Position numbers and translations under genes: made by a program. Shown here piece after piece: positions 18,455-27,615 of a stretch of 64,000 bases of DNA. Every line of letters starts with the position of its first letter. Within the stretch, counting starts at the first letter, position 1. Where the stretch lies: positions 32,001 through 96,000 of the IMG/VR virus record IMGVR_UViG_3300033146_000850; one strand, given 5' to 3'. The DNA is from a virus. Below the pieces are notes generated by a model. The model saw nothing but the letters and a program-made list of their open reading frames with translations, was not told the origin of the DNA and did not search any database.

Positions 18455-19066
18455 ATGACAAAAAATGCAAACAATGAGTTTAGTTTGAATGATTTATTAA
18501 TGAGTATGTTTAACCCATCGGAATATATGTCTGATAGTATTCTAAATGGATTGGATGAAGAAGTTGATATGTTTAAAAAAACTAAAGACGGATATTCCAT
18601 AGAGGATATCCTTGTAGAATTATCCAATAAGATGGTAGAAAGAAAAAAACCAACAAAAACAAGACCTAAAAGAACAAACACAAATAAAGAGTATGATAAT
18701 CAATCCAATGATTTAAAGTTTAAAATTACTAGAGGAATTGATTCTAACAAAAAAGAAATGATATATGTTACATTAGAATTAGTTAAAGCTATTTGTAACG
18801 ATATATATGTTGAGTTTATATCTAGTATGAATATTATAGAGGTGCAATGGAGTGATTCAATTAGAGCATCCAAAAAAGATGAAGAGGTTTTATATTATAA
18901 CACAGATAAAAAAACTAATAATAAAACAATTGCGTTAGATATTCCTGATAATTATATTGTTGATAAACATAACATTACAGTAAATCAAAAACAGGATTGC
19001 GTAATACTATATTTACCAATTGAACCAAAAGTTAAAAGTGAAGAAAACTTTAGTATAAAATTATAA
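18455..19066 (+). CDS. Diverged Hsp20-like protein
   Basis: C-terminal IYVTLEL...DIYVEF...IALDIPDNYIVDKHNITVNQKQDCVILYLP with a terminal IKL (IXI-like) motif. Confidence 0.5.
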   Translation: MTKNANNEFSLNDLLMSMFNPSEYMSDSILNGLDEEVDMFKKTKDGYSIEDILVELSNKMVERKKPTKTRPKRTNTNKEYDNQSNDLKFKITRGIDSNKKEMIYVTLELVKAICNDIYVEFISSMNIIEVQWSDSIRASKKDEEVLYYNTDKKTNNKTIALDIPDNYIVDKHNITVNQKQDCVILYLPIEPKVKSEENFSIKL

Positions 19067-19078
19067 AAGAGGTTAGCT

Positions 19079-20140
19079 ATGAATCCAATAGAAATATATA
19101 ACGAATTATGTGAACACGTTGTGGAGCAGGATATTGCAAAAAAGAAATTATCAGTATCCATATATAACCATTATAAAAGAATAAATCATGTAGACCAAAC
19201 GGATGATGTCGTCATTAAAAAATCTAATATTCTATTATTAGGTAAAACAGGAACTGGGAAAACTCTATTAGCTGAAACATTAGCAAATATATTAGATATC
19301 CCTTTTACAATAGCTAATGCTGTTGAATTTTCTGAAAGCGGATATGTTGGTTCTGATGTTGATGATATAATTAGAGGGTTGATTCACAGTGCACAAGGCG
19401 ATATTGAACTTGCACAATATGGAATAGTATATATTGATGAAGTTGATAAAATAGCATCTTTAGGGTCTAATTTTTCAACTGGTGCGGATGTTGGTCACGA
19501 GGGTGTTCAACAAGCACTATTAAAAATGGTAGAGGGTACGGACATAAATGTTCAAATAGTTGGTGGACGAAAAAACCCATCAAACCAAACCTTACATTTT
19601 AATACTAATAAGGTTTTATTTATTGCTGGAGGTGCGTTTGTTGGGATAGAAGATATTATTACTAAACGGATTAATGGTAAATCTAATGGTAATATTATTG
19701 GTTTTGGTGATACTGGTGGTAATAGTTCATCTGATGAAAATAATGAAATATATAATGAAGTTATTAGTGATGATATAATAGAATATGGTTTAATTCCTGA
19801 GTTTGTAGGTAGATTTCCAGTAGTTGCACCATTACACGAGTTAAGTGATTCATCAATGTTAAAAATTTTAACAGAACCTAAAAATTCTTTAATAAAACAA
19901 TATCAAAAACTTTTTAAATTAGATAACGTCAAATTATCTTTTACAAAAAAAGGATTAGAAGCAATTGTTAAAAAAACAAAAAATGAAAATTTAGGGGCAA
20001 GAGGTCTTCGTAAAATATTAGAGGATGTTATGCTAGATATTATGTTTAATTATCCATCTAGTAATATTAAATCAATTAAGATAACAGAAAATGTTGTAAA
20101 TAATGGGTTTGATTTAAAAATATTTAAAAAATCAGCATAA
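19079..20140 (+). CDS. clpX: ATP-dependent Clp protease ATPase subunit ClpX (no N-terminal Zn-binding domain)
   Basis: KSNILLLGKTGTGKT, GYVG pore loop, YIDEVDKI, GVQQALLK, IGF loop, PEFVGRFP and GARGLR. Confidence 0.95.
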   Translation: MNPIEIYNELCEHVVEQDIAKKKLSVSIYNHYKRINHVDQTDDVVIKKSNILLLGKTGTGKTLLAETLANILDIPFTIANAVEFSESGYVGSDVDDIIRGLIHSAQGDIELAQYGIVYIDEVDKIASLGSNFSTGADVGHEGVQQALLKMVEGTDINVQIVGGRKNPSNQTLHFNTNKVLFIAGGAFVGIEDIITKRINGKSNGNIIGFGDTGGNSSSDENNEIYNEVISDDIIEYGLIPEFVGRFPVVAPLHELSDSSMLKILTEPKNSLIKQYQKLFKLDNVKLSFTKKGLEAIVKKTKNENLGARGLRKILEDVMLDIMFNYPSSNIKSIKITENVVNNGFDLKIFKKSA

Positions 20141-20197
20141 TTTTAAAATCATTTAATGATAAAAAATTAAATGTTGTTGACCTTTTAGGAGATTGTA

Positions 20198-20767
20198 ATG
20201 GTAACTAAAAAAATAGATGAACAAACATTATTTAACGGTGTTGTTTTTGATGTTGTAAAAAAGAAATATGATGATGATGGTGAGATTTTTACTAGAGAAA
20301 TTGTAAAAACACCGGATGTTGTTCACATATTACCATTCGATAAAAATGGTAATATTTATGCAATTAGGGAGTTTAGAGGTGCAATAGATGATATGATTAT
20401 AGGTTTCCCAGCTGGTAAAATTGAGAATGGTGAATTACCTGAACTATCTGCATCAAGAGAAGTCGAGGAAGAAATTGGAATGCGTGTTGTTGATTTATAT
20501 AGTGTAAGTCCATCAATTATAACATCATCTGGGGTAATTACAGAAAAAGGGTATTATTATTTTGCATTAGTTGAGGATATAAAAGATGAAGATAGGGAAC
20601 ATTTTCCTGATGTTGATGAGAAAATAGAGGTATTAAAAATGTCAGATTATGAATTTGGAGAGTTAATACACGAAAAAATTAAAAATCAGGAATCTATTGA
20701 GTTAAAAACTATGTTTTTATGGACGGTATATATTGTAAAACAACAAAATAATAATCTTACTAAATAA
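20198..20767 (+). CDS. Nudix hydrolase (ADP-ribose pyrophosphatase-like)
   Basis: Nudix box GKIENGELPELSASREVEEEIG. Confidence 0.9.
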   Translation: MVTKKIDEQTLFNGVVFDVVKKKYDDDGEIFTREIVKTPDVVHILPFDKNGNIYAIREFRGAIDDMIIGFPAGKIENGELPELSASREVEEEIGMRVVDLYSVSPSIITSSGVITEKGYYYFALVEDIKDEDREHFPDVDEKIEVLKMSDYEFGELIHEKIKNQESIELKTMFLWTVYIVKQQNNNLTK

Positions 20768-20779
20768 GGAGGTATTAAG

Positions 20780-21286
20780 TTGAAGAAACATACTATATTT
20801 ATATATGGGAATTGTTTGAGAGGGATGGATAATAATGTTATGTTAGGTGAAACATCTAAATATCTTGGTAATGACATTATAATAGGATGGGGATTAATTG
20901 ATATTCAGAATTATCCTTTAGCCATAGAGGCTAGATTTCCTAGACATAAAACGCATATTAGGGTTGAAACATATGAGATTGATTCAAAAGTGTTAAAAAA
21001 ATTAGAAAAATATTTCAATTTTCCTAAAATGTATGATAAAAAAATTGTTGTTAGTAAGAAGAATATTAAAGGGTTGATTTTTTATGGGAATGATAGGAAA
21101 TCAACATTACAAGGTACAGGGATACCAGTTCCTGATGGTGATTGGAGAACGTACTCGAAAGTTAAAAATAATAGGCTTGAATTGAAGGAAAAAAGAAAGA
21201 AAAGAAGACAGGATACAGATGAAAATGAGCAACAAGCTCAAAATAATAATAATATAATTAATGGAGAAAAAAATGAAAAACGGTAA
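20780..21286 (+). CDS. Gamma-glutamylcyclotransferase (AIG2-like) family protein
   Basis: FIYGNCLRG...YP...ETYEID...LE...GDWR; GGAGG RBS with TTG start. Confidence 0.7.
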   Translation: MKKHTIFIYGNCLRGMDNNVMLGETSKYLGNDIIIGWGLIDIQNYPLAIEARFPRHKTHIRVETYEIDSKVLKKLEKYFNFPKMYDKKIVVSKKNIKGLIFYGNDRKSTLQGTGIPVPDGDWRTYSKVKNNRLELKEKRKKRRQDTDENEQQAQNNNNIINGEKNEKR

Positions 21287-21671
21287 AATTTACATTGGAA
21301 CTACTTTGAATGCTAATTACATTGGAGTTTATAACTCTAAAAATAAAAGTTTAGATGAAGTATGGAGTATTAATACTAAGGGGCATCAAATTCAAATCGC
21401 ACCAGGTAACCATCCAGTATTTCTACAAAAAAAATTCGAGGATACTCTAATTGATATTTCTATTAAAGTTGATAGTTTTTTATACACAACCGACCCTGAT
21501 AAACTAAAATTAGGTGATGAATTTATTAAAATATATAAAGAAGCTAAGACTGGATTATTACTAACTAATCCAGACGAATCACTTGAAAATAAAGAATTAG
21601 CCGACAAACTTAGGAAGAAAATAGAAAAAGCTGAAAATAATTCAAAATCAAAATTAATAATTCAAAACTAG
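21261..21671 (+). CDS. Hypothetical protein
   Basis: ORF in the operon; probable start MKNGK after GGAG. Confidence 0.55.
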   Translation: MEKKMKNGKIYIGTTLNANYIGVYNSKNKSLDEVWSINTKGHQIQIAPGNHPVFLQKKFEDTLIDISIKVDSFLYTTDPDKLKLGDEFIKIYKEAKTGLLLTNPDESLENKELADKLRKKIEKAENNSKSKLIIQN

Positions 21672-21689
21672 AAAAACGGAGTTTAAAAA

Positions 21690-22634
21690 ATGTCAGAATT
21701 TAATTTTAATCACGAATTTAAAGGTGTATGGGCTGAAAAATATAGACCTGATAGTATATCTGAAACTATTTTACCAAATAGATTAAAGAGACAATTTCAG
21801 AAATATATTGATGATGGCTCAATTCCAAATTTGTTATTAATATCACCATCCCCAGGGACTGGAAAAACAACTATTGCAAAAATAATTATAAAAGAATTAA
21901 ATGCTTGCGAATTAGGTTTAAATGGTTCTCAAGATAATGGTATCGATATTGTTAGAGGTCCTATAACTAGATTTGTACGAAATGATTCTATGACAGGTAG
22001 TAAAATTGTTTTTATAGATGAAGCCGATGGATTAACACTCAAGGCTCAACAATCATTAAAATCATTTATTGAGGATAATATTGAGAGAGTTAGATTTATA
22101 ATGACTGCAAATGATGAGTATGAATTTATCGATGCGATAATGTCTAGATTTCAAAAAATACACTTCAATATTGATAATGATGAATATCAAGAAATGGTTA
22201 ATTTATTTACGAACCGAGTTTTAAATATATTAAAAAAAGAAAGTATTAAACACGACCCCAAAGCAGTATTTCAAACTGTGAAAAATTCATTTCCTGATTA
22301 TAGAGAAGTTTGGCAAAACCTTGAATCGACATATAATTCATATGGAGAAATAACCAAAGGTAATACTGTATCTAAAAAGGCAATTTTAAAAATGATAGAA
22401 GCTATAAACACCAAAGATTTGTCAAAAATTAGAAGTGCTATGACCACAACCAAGAATATCAACTATAATAATATATATAGTAAATTATTAGAGCACGTTG
22501 ATTCATTTGACGGATATAGTATGGATAATATTCTATTTACAATTGCTGATTGGAATTATAAAAATAAATTTGTTGCTGATAAATTTTTAAATTTTTTAGG
22601 AATGTGTGCTGATATGATACAGCATTCTGATTGA
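21690..22634 (+). CDS. gp44: Clamp loader large subunit (T4 gp44-like)
   Basis: WAEKYRP, SPSPGTGKTT, FIDEADGL and IMSRF motifs. Confidence 0.92.
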   Translation: MSEFNFNHEFKGVWAEKYRPDSISETILPNRLKRQFQKYIDDGSIPNLLLISPSPGTGKTTIAKIIIKELNACELGLNGSQDNGIDIVRGPITRFVRNDSMTGSKIVFIDEADGLTLKAQQSLKSFIEDNIERVRFIMTANDEYEFIDAIMSRFQKIHFNIDNDEYQEMVNLFTNRVLNILKKESIKHDPKAVFQTVKNSFPDYREVWQNLESTYNSYGEITKGNTVSKKAILKMIEAINTKDLSKIRSAMTTTKNINYNNIYSKLLEHVDSFDGYSMDNILFTIADWNYKNKFVADKFLNFLGMCADMIQHSD

Positions 22635-22644
22635 GGAGAATAAA

Positions 22645-23151
22645 TTGTTTAATATTGATGATAATGGAAAAATTATTATTTCAGATAATAATAATGATGA
22701 CAAAAATGAAATAGATGATGTATCCGATGTGAAACCAAAAATGAATTTATTTACAGATATCCTAAATAATATCTCTAATGGTGAAAGTAAATTATCCTGG
22801 GATGAAATGGAAAAATCATATAATCCATATGTTATTAATAGATGTCTAGTTCGTAATGATGCCTTTGTTAATATTGCGTGTAAGTTAAATATATTTGCAT
22901 CTAAAATTGAGGATAAGCAACATTATGATATTTTGTTTGATTATATCAAACCAAAAAAATATAGATATTTAAAATATTTATCACAAAATGAATTTGAGAA
23001 AGATATTGTTAAAATATCTAAATTTTTTAAAATTAATAAATATCATATTGAAGAGTATTTAAAGCTTATGGATAAAAATGATATTAAGGGTATTATAAAA
23101 AAAATTGATAGTTTAACTAAATCCCCTACTAAAAAAATCCTAAAGCGATAA
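22645..23151 (+). CDS. gp62: Clamp loader small subunit (T4 gp62-like)
   Basis: YNPYVINRCL...QHYDILF...Y(R)YLKY; position between gp44 and regA. Confidence 0.8.
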   Translation: MFNIDDNGKIIISDNNNDDKNEIDDVSDVKPKMNLFTDILNNISNGESKLSWDEMEKSYNPYVINRCLVRNDAFVNIACKLNIFASKIEDKQHYDILFDYIKPKKYRYLKYLSQNEFEKDIVKISKFFKINKYHIEEYLKLMDKNDIKGIIKKIDSLTKSPTKKILKR

Positions 23152-23184
23152 ATAATTATATATTATTAGTTTAAGGGGATTATT

Positions 23185-23616
23185 ATGGACGATTCACACA
23201 GTAAATTTTTTAAAACTATACCAGCTCATATGTTAAAAGAATTAATATATGAATTTATTGAGGTCGATTTGAAATTATCATTTAATATAATTCGGGAAAC
23301 TTTGGCTAGAATTGGTGATGTTGAAGGTGATACACTATATCAATTATCTCATATTTTATTTAAAAAAAACAAATATTATATAGTTCATTATAAACAGTTG
23401 TATAAGTTAGATGGTCAAGATATTAATATCGAAACATCGGATATTAATAAGCTATATAAAATTGTTTCATTACTATATAAATGGGGATTTATAGATATTA
23501 AAAACGATAGAGATTTATTAAATGCAAATAAAAATGAATCAATATATGTCAATATAGCAAAGATGTCTAACGTTAAAAATGGTTCAATCAAACTTCAAAA
23601 AAAATATAATTTATAA
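23185..23616 (+). CDS. regA: Translational repressor RegA
   Basis: IRETLARIG..LYQLSHILFKKNKYYIVHYKQLYKLDG; T4 synteny after gp62. Confidence 0.9.
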   Translation: MDDSHSKFFKTIPAHMLKELIYEFIEVDLKLSFNIIRETLARIGDVEGDTLYQLSHILFKKNKYYIVHYKQLYKLDGQDINIETSDINKLYKIVSLLYKWGFIDIKNDRDLLNANKNESIYVNIAKMSNVKNGSIKLQKKYNL

Positions 23617-23666
23617 AAAAAACTTGATTTTTAAATAAAAATAGCTATAATTAAACTGATTGATAA

Positions 23667-24098
23667 TTGAACTGGGGTTTTATTATGAAGAGAAGTCGAT
23701 ATGGAGTTTATAAAGTGTTTAATTATAAAAACACTTTAAATAAAAACTTTTACAAAAAAGATACCAAAAATGGAACTCATCCTTGGTTTTTTGAGCCAGA
23801 TAATTATAAGAAAAAAGAACCGTGTTCATATGGATATGCAACAATTGATGATGCATTACAAGAGGCTAACGTTTGGGAATGTGAGTTCCTATTAAAATAT
23901 AATAGATTAAAATTAAAAAAAACATTATCGATGTATGATGAGATACGTAGAAAAGATAAAGATAAACTTATAAGTAAAGATTCGTTATATGATAGAGAAA
24001 TGTTGAATAATTTCTATATAACATTATCTCAATTGATAAAATTCTATGATGAGAAAATTATAGAATTACTAGAATGGAAAGATACATTAGAATGTTAA
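23667..24098 (+). CDS. Hypothetical protein
   Basis: ORF after TTGATT-16 nt-TATAAT (23624-23651); probable start MKRSR. Confidence 0.55.
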   Translation: MNWGFIMKRSRYGVYKVFNYKNTLNKNFYKKDTKNGTHPWFFEPDNYKKKEPCSYGYATIDDALQEANVWECEFLLKYNRLKLKKTLSMYDEIRRKDKDKLISKDSLYDREMLNNFYITLSQLIKFYDEKIIELLEWKDTLEC

Positions 24099-24742
24099 TT
24101 ATGAAGTTTAAATATAATCCTACTAAATATATATGTGATATTATATATTTAATGGAGAATTTAATGAGTTATAATTACATTGTTAGTATAGATGCTAGTA
24201 TTCAATCAAGCGGTGTTAGTATATACAACACTAAAACTAAAACTACTATATTATACACGTATAGTAATAAAGTAAAAGAAGATTTTGAATTTGAAGTTGC
24301 GGAGTTTAAATTAATAGCCGAGGCACAACCTAAAAAGTTTAAGACTTTGGATTATTTTATTAGGTATACTAAGATAGCAGATAGAATATATGAGTTTATA
24401 AGCAACAATATAGACGATAGTGCGATTTTTTTTATGGAGGGGTATGCATTTGCTGCTAAAGGTAAAATGTTTAATATAGGCGAATTTGGAGGGTTAATTA
24501 AACGTCATATATATGATGATAATTATCCATTAAAAGAGATTGCTCCATCCGAGTGGAAAAAACGTATTATAGGGTCAGGGTCAGCAAAAAAAGAGGTGAT
24601 TTATAATTCAATGTTAAGGGAGAGTGTTGGTGAGGTACTTGCTGAATTGGTAGCTAGAGGTTATCCGTGGAAAAAACATAGTTGGGTTGAAGATATTGCT
24701 GATGTATATGCAATTCAAAAATGTGCAATGTTTTTAACTTGA
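24074..24742 (+). CDS. RuvC-like Holliday junction resolvase
   Basis: IVSIDASIQSSG, FMEGYAF, PSEWKK..GSGSAKK and DIADVYAI acidic motifs; likely start MSYNY. Confidence 0.8.
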   Translation: MERYIRMLIMKFKYNPTKYICDIIYLMENLMSYNYIVSIDASIQSSGVSIYNTKTKTTILYTYSNKVKEDFEFEVAEFKLIAEAQPKKFKTLDYFIRYTKIADRIYEFISNNIDDSAIFFMEGYAFAAKGKMFNIGEFGGLIKRHIYDDNYPLKEIAPSEWKKRIIGSGSAKKEVIYNSMLRESVGEVLAELVARGYPWKKHSWVEDIADVYAIQKCAMFLT

Positions 24743-24791
24743 TGATTGTTCATATTATAAAGTTTTATTGATTACTTACTGGAGGGTTATT

Positions 24792-24893
24792 ATGTCAGAT
24801 GTTAAATGTGTCGATTGTAGTTTTTTTGTTGGTTCGGTATGTATAGCCAGCAGTTGTCCGTATGGTAAATTTATAAAAAAAAGAGGTGAATGA
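24792..24893 (+). CDS. 33-aa Cys-rich peptide (below ORF-track cutoff)
   Basis: GGAGGG RBS; MSDVKCVDCSFFVGSVCIASSCPYGKFIKKRGE; the stop abuts the sigma-factor ATG. Confidence 0.55.
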   Translation: MSDVKCVDCSFFVGSVCIASSCPYGKFIKKRGE

Positions 24894-25784
24894 ATGACAA
24901 AATTGAATAATCATGAACGTAAATTATTGAATGATAATATGCACATTATTAAAATTTTCATAAATACAAACTATAAAAAAATACCACGAGAATTTAAGAC
25001 TGAACTATATTCACAAGGGTATCTAGAGGTATGCTCTAAGATACATAGCTATGACCCTGAAAAAAGTGCATTTAACACCTTTGTATACGCAATATTAACT
25101 CCAGCAATTAGAAATTATTATAATAGAGTATTATTGGGGTCAGTTTCAACGACAAGAGTAGATAAGATGACTGATGAGCAATTGGAAAATAAAAAGAAAA
25201 AAGAACAATTATATGCTGAACAATATTCTAAATATTTAAGTGATTTGAACAAATGGGAATCTGATAAAAACAATCAAAAAAATAATGATAAACCTACACC
25301 ACCAAAAAAACAATCATATAATATAACATTTATACCTAATAATGTTGAGTATAATGATGAATATTTATCTAAAACAAACAATATCAACCCTCAAGATTAC
25401 ATTAAGAGTGATATGTTAAATTCTATAAATAATATCATTAATACTTATAATCCAGTAAAAAAAATATTCTGTAAAAAGGTATTACTTCAAGGTGAAAGTT
25501 CAGGACAAGTTACTACAATGATAAATAATAAGATACAAAAAATAGCATCAACAATTGAACATACTTTAAAAATTATAGATTCTATTGACGTTGATAGAGA
25601 GTATATTGTAAAAAAATATGCAAATTCTAATTGTGAAATAACTAAAGAGTTTTGTCGTAGGATTGCATCTGATAAAAATAAAACAATACAATCTGTAAAA
25701 CAAGAATTACACGCTAGAGTTGGAAAATATTATAAAGATATAATTATTAACGATATTAAATTTAAATTACGTGAAAAAAAATAA
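24894..25784 (+). CDS. Sigma-70-family RNA polymerase sigma factor-like protein
   Basis: Region-2-like ELYSQGYLEVCSKIHSYDPEKSAFNTFVYAILTPAIRNY. Confidence 0.65.
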   Translation: MTKLNNHERKLLNDNMHIIKIFINTNYKKIPREFKTELYSQGYLEVCSKIHSYDPEKSAFNTFVYAILTPAIRNYYNRVLLGSVSTTRVDKMTDEQLENKKKKEQLYAEQYSKYLSDLNKWESDKNNQKNNDKPTPPKKQSYNITFIPNNVEYNDEYLSKTNNINPQDYIKSDMLNSINNIINTYNPVKKIFCKKVLLQGESSGQVTTMINNKIQKIASTIEHTLKIIDSIDVDREYIVKKYANSNCEITKEFCRRIASDKNKTIQSVKQELHARVGKYYKDIIINDIKFKLREKK

Positions 25785-25794
25785 AATTATTTTT

Positions 25795-26307
25795 TTATAT
25801 TAAAGACTCGGTAGCAATTATATCACCATCAGTAGCAATTACATCAACATCAGTAGCAATTACATCGCTATCAGTAACCACAGCATCAACATCAGTAATT
25901 ACTGCATCACTATCTGTAACTACTGCATCACTATCTGTAACTACGGCATCACTATCTGTAACTACGGCATCACTATCAGTAACCACAGCATCAACATCAG
26001 TAATTACTGCATCACTATCAGTAACCACTGCATCACTATCAGTAACTATAACATCACCGTCAGTAACTATAGCATCACCATCAGTAACCACAGCATCAAT
26101 ATCAGTAACCACGGCATCACCATCGGTAGCCATAACATCACCGTCAGTAACTATAACATCACCATCGGTAACCACAGCATCACCATCGGTAGCCATAACA
26201 TCACAATCACATTTTTTGGAAACATCACTATTTTTTTTAATGCAACCAATAATAGCAAATTGAATAATCATAACGAATAACATTGTTTTAAAAATTTTCA
26301 TAATCAA
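25795..26307 (-). CDS. Predicted lipoprotein made of Asp-rich heptapeptide repeats
   Basis: Signal peptide with lipobox-like AIIGC, followed by ~19 D(G/S/V)D(A/V)(V/I)(V/I/A)T repeats. Confidence 0.7.
   Translation of the reverse strand: MIMKIFKTMLFVMIIQFAIIGCIKKNSDVSKKCDCDVMATDGDAVVTDGDVIVTDGDVMATDGDAVVTDIDAVVTDGDAIVTDGDVIVTDSDAVVTDSDAVITDVDAVVTDSDAVVTDSDAVVTDSDAVVTDSDAVITDVDAVVTDSDVIATDVDVIATDGDIIATESLI
25807..26202 (-). repeat. 21-nt coding tandem repeat
   Basis: Plus-strand units such as GCATCACTATCTGTAACTACG repeat in frame. Confidence 0.9.
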
Positions 26308-26396
26308 CCTCTTATAATTTTATTAATAACAAATATATTTATAACTTTATAAATTATATGAAAAATATGATATGTTTTGATGATAGATATGATAGT

Positions 26397-26588
26397 TTAA
26401 AAAATAATATATTTTCCTAAACTTGTTCTGAATAACATTTTATATTCTTTATTAAATTTTTCTGGATTAAATTTTAATCTAGTTTGATTACAACAATATC
26501 TTCTAGCCTCATTGATATCATCAAATTCTTTAATTAATCTAATCTTCATAATCTTATTATCCCAATATTTTTTAACAACGTAAAACAT
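26397..26588 (-). CDS. Small hypothetical protein
   Basis: 63-aa ORF directly downstream of rnh. Confidence 0.5.
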   Translation of the reverse strand: MFYVVKKYWDNKIMKIRLIKEFDDINEARRYCCNQTRLKFNPEKFNKEYKMLFRTSLGKYIIF

Positions 26589-26592
26589 ATAA

Positions 26593-27600
26593 TTACCTAT
26601 TTTTTAAAAAACTCATAATTCCACCATCTTCAATATTATCATCAAATTTGAAAAATTTATTGAAGTCCTCAATCCTACTAGTTAATGTTCTCATATCTCT
26701 ACTTATAAAGTATTGTAATAATTGTAATTCCCCCTTTTTAGATATTTCTTTTCTATTACGTTCATATAATTCTAAAATATCTACTTTAATTTGTTTGGGT
26801 GTTTTACGTAAATCGACTAGTTGTCTATTTCTATCAAAATTTTTAAGTAAATCTTCTTTTGATATTACTAAATCCATTTTTTTAGTTTCTTTATTTTTAC
26901 GATATAAATCTACTAATAACTCATCTTTAACACTATTATTAGTGATATGCTCCCATATTTTATCACTTCTCCACATTGTTATTTGTTTCTTGTCTGGGTT
27001 AATAAAGGTATCTAAATCAGTAGTTTTAACATTTAATACATCATCCCCATCATCACCTTTGAGTATTAGCCACATTAATTCATTTTTATAATTCAATGTT
27101 TTTATTTCTTTTTTATCTTTATGATTATACAATTTAACACGGCTATCAAACTGTAATTGTTTAAAGTCTTTATCATTGGATGCTATTATAATATCTTCAT
27201 TTGGTCTAGTTCTATAAAAATAATACGTTAATGTCCCAATAACATCATCACCCTCGGCTCTATCTATTTTGATAAAATTAAATGGGAATAAATCCATCAA
27301 CTCTTTTTCAAATTCATCCATATATCCCCAAAATTCATTCCACGGAAATCCATCATCCTTCCTACGCAATTTACGTCTAGCTTTATAATAGGGGTGAATA
27401 TCTTTTCTCCAATTATTTTTAGAATCAGCACATAATATAATTTCACGATGTTTTTTATATTTTTTTGCAACGAATAATATATGTGTTAATATTCTATGTT
27501 TTAAAAAATTAATATTTTTATCTATACCATCTTTTATAATATCTTGTTTTAGTGTATAGATATTATTATGTATTATTTGTGAAAAATCAAATAGTATCAT
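26593..27600 (-). CDS. rnh: T4-type RNase H / 5'-3' flap exonuclease
   Basis: ILFDFSQI, NWRKDIHPYYKARR, AEGDDVIG, SNDKDFKQLQ, LKGDDGDDV and RNRQLVDL. Confidence 0.92.
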   Translation of the reverse strand: MILFDFSQIIHNNIYTLKQDIIKDGIDKNINFLKHRILTHILFVAKKYKKHREIILCADSKNNWRKDIHPYYKARRKLRRKDDGFPWNEFWGYMDEFEKELMDLFPFNFIKIDRAEGDDVIGTLTYYFYRTRPNEDIIIASNDKDFKQLQFDSRVKLYNHKDKKEIKTLNYKNELMWLILKGDDGDDVLNVKTTDLDTFINPDKKQITMWRSDKIWEHITNNSVKDELLVDLYRKNKETKKMDLVISKEDLLKNFDRNRQLVDLRKTPKQIKVDILELYERNRKEISKKGELQLLQYFISRDMRTLTSRIEDFNKFFKFDDNIEDGGIMSFLKNR

Positions 27601-27615
27601 TATTACCTCTTTTAT

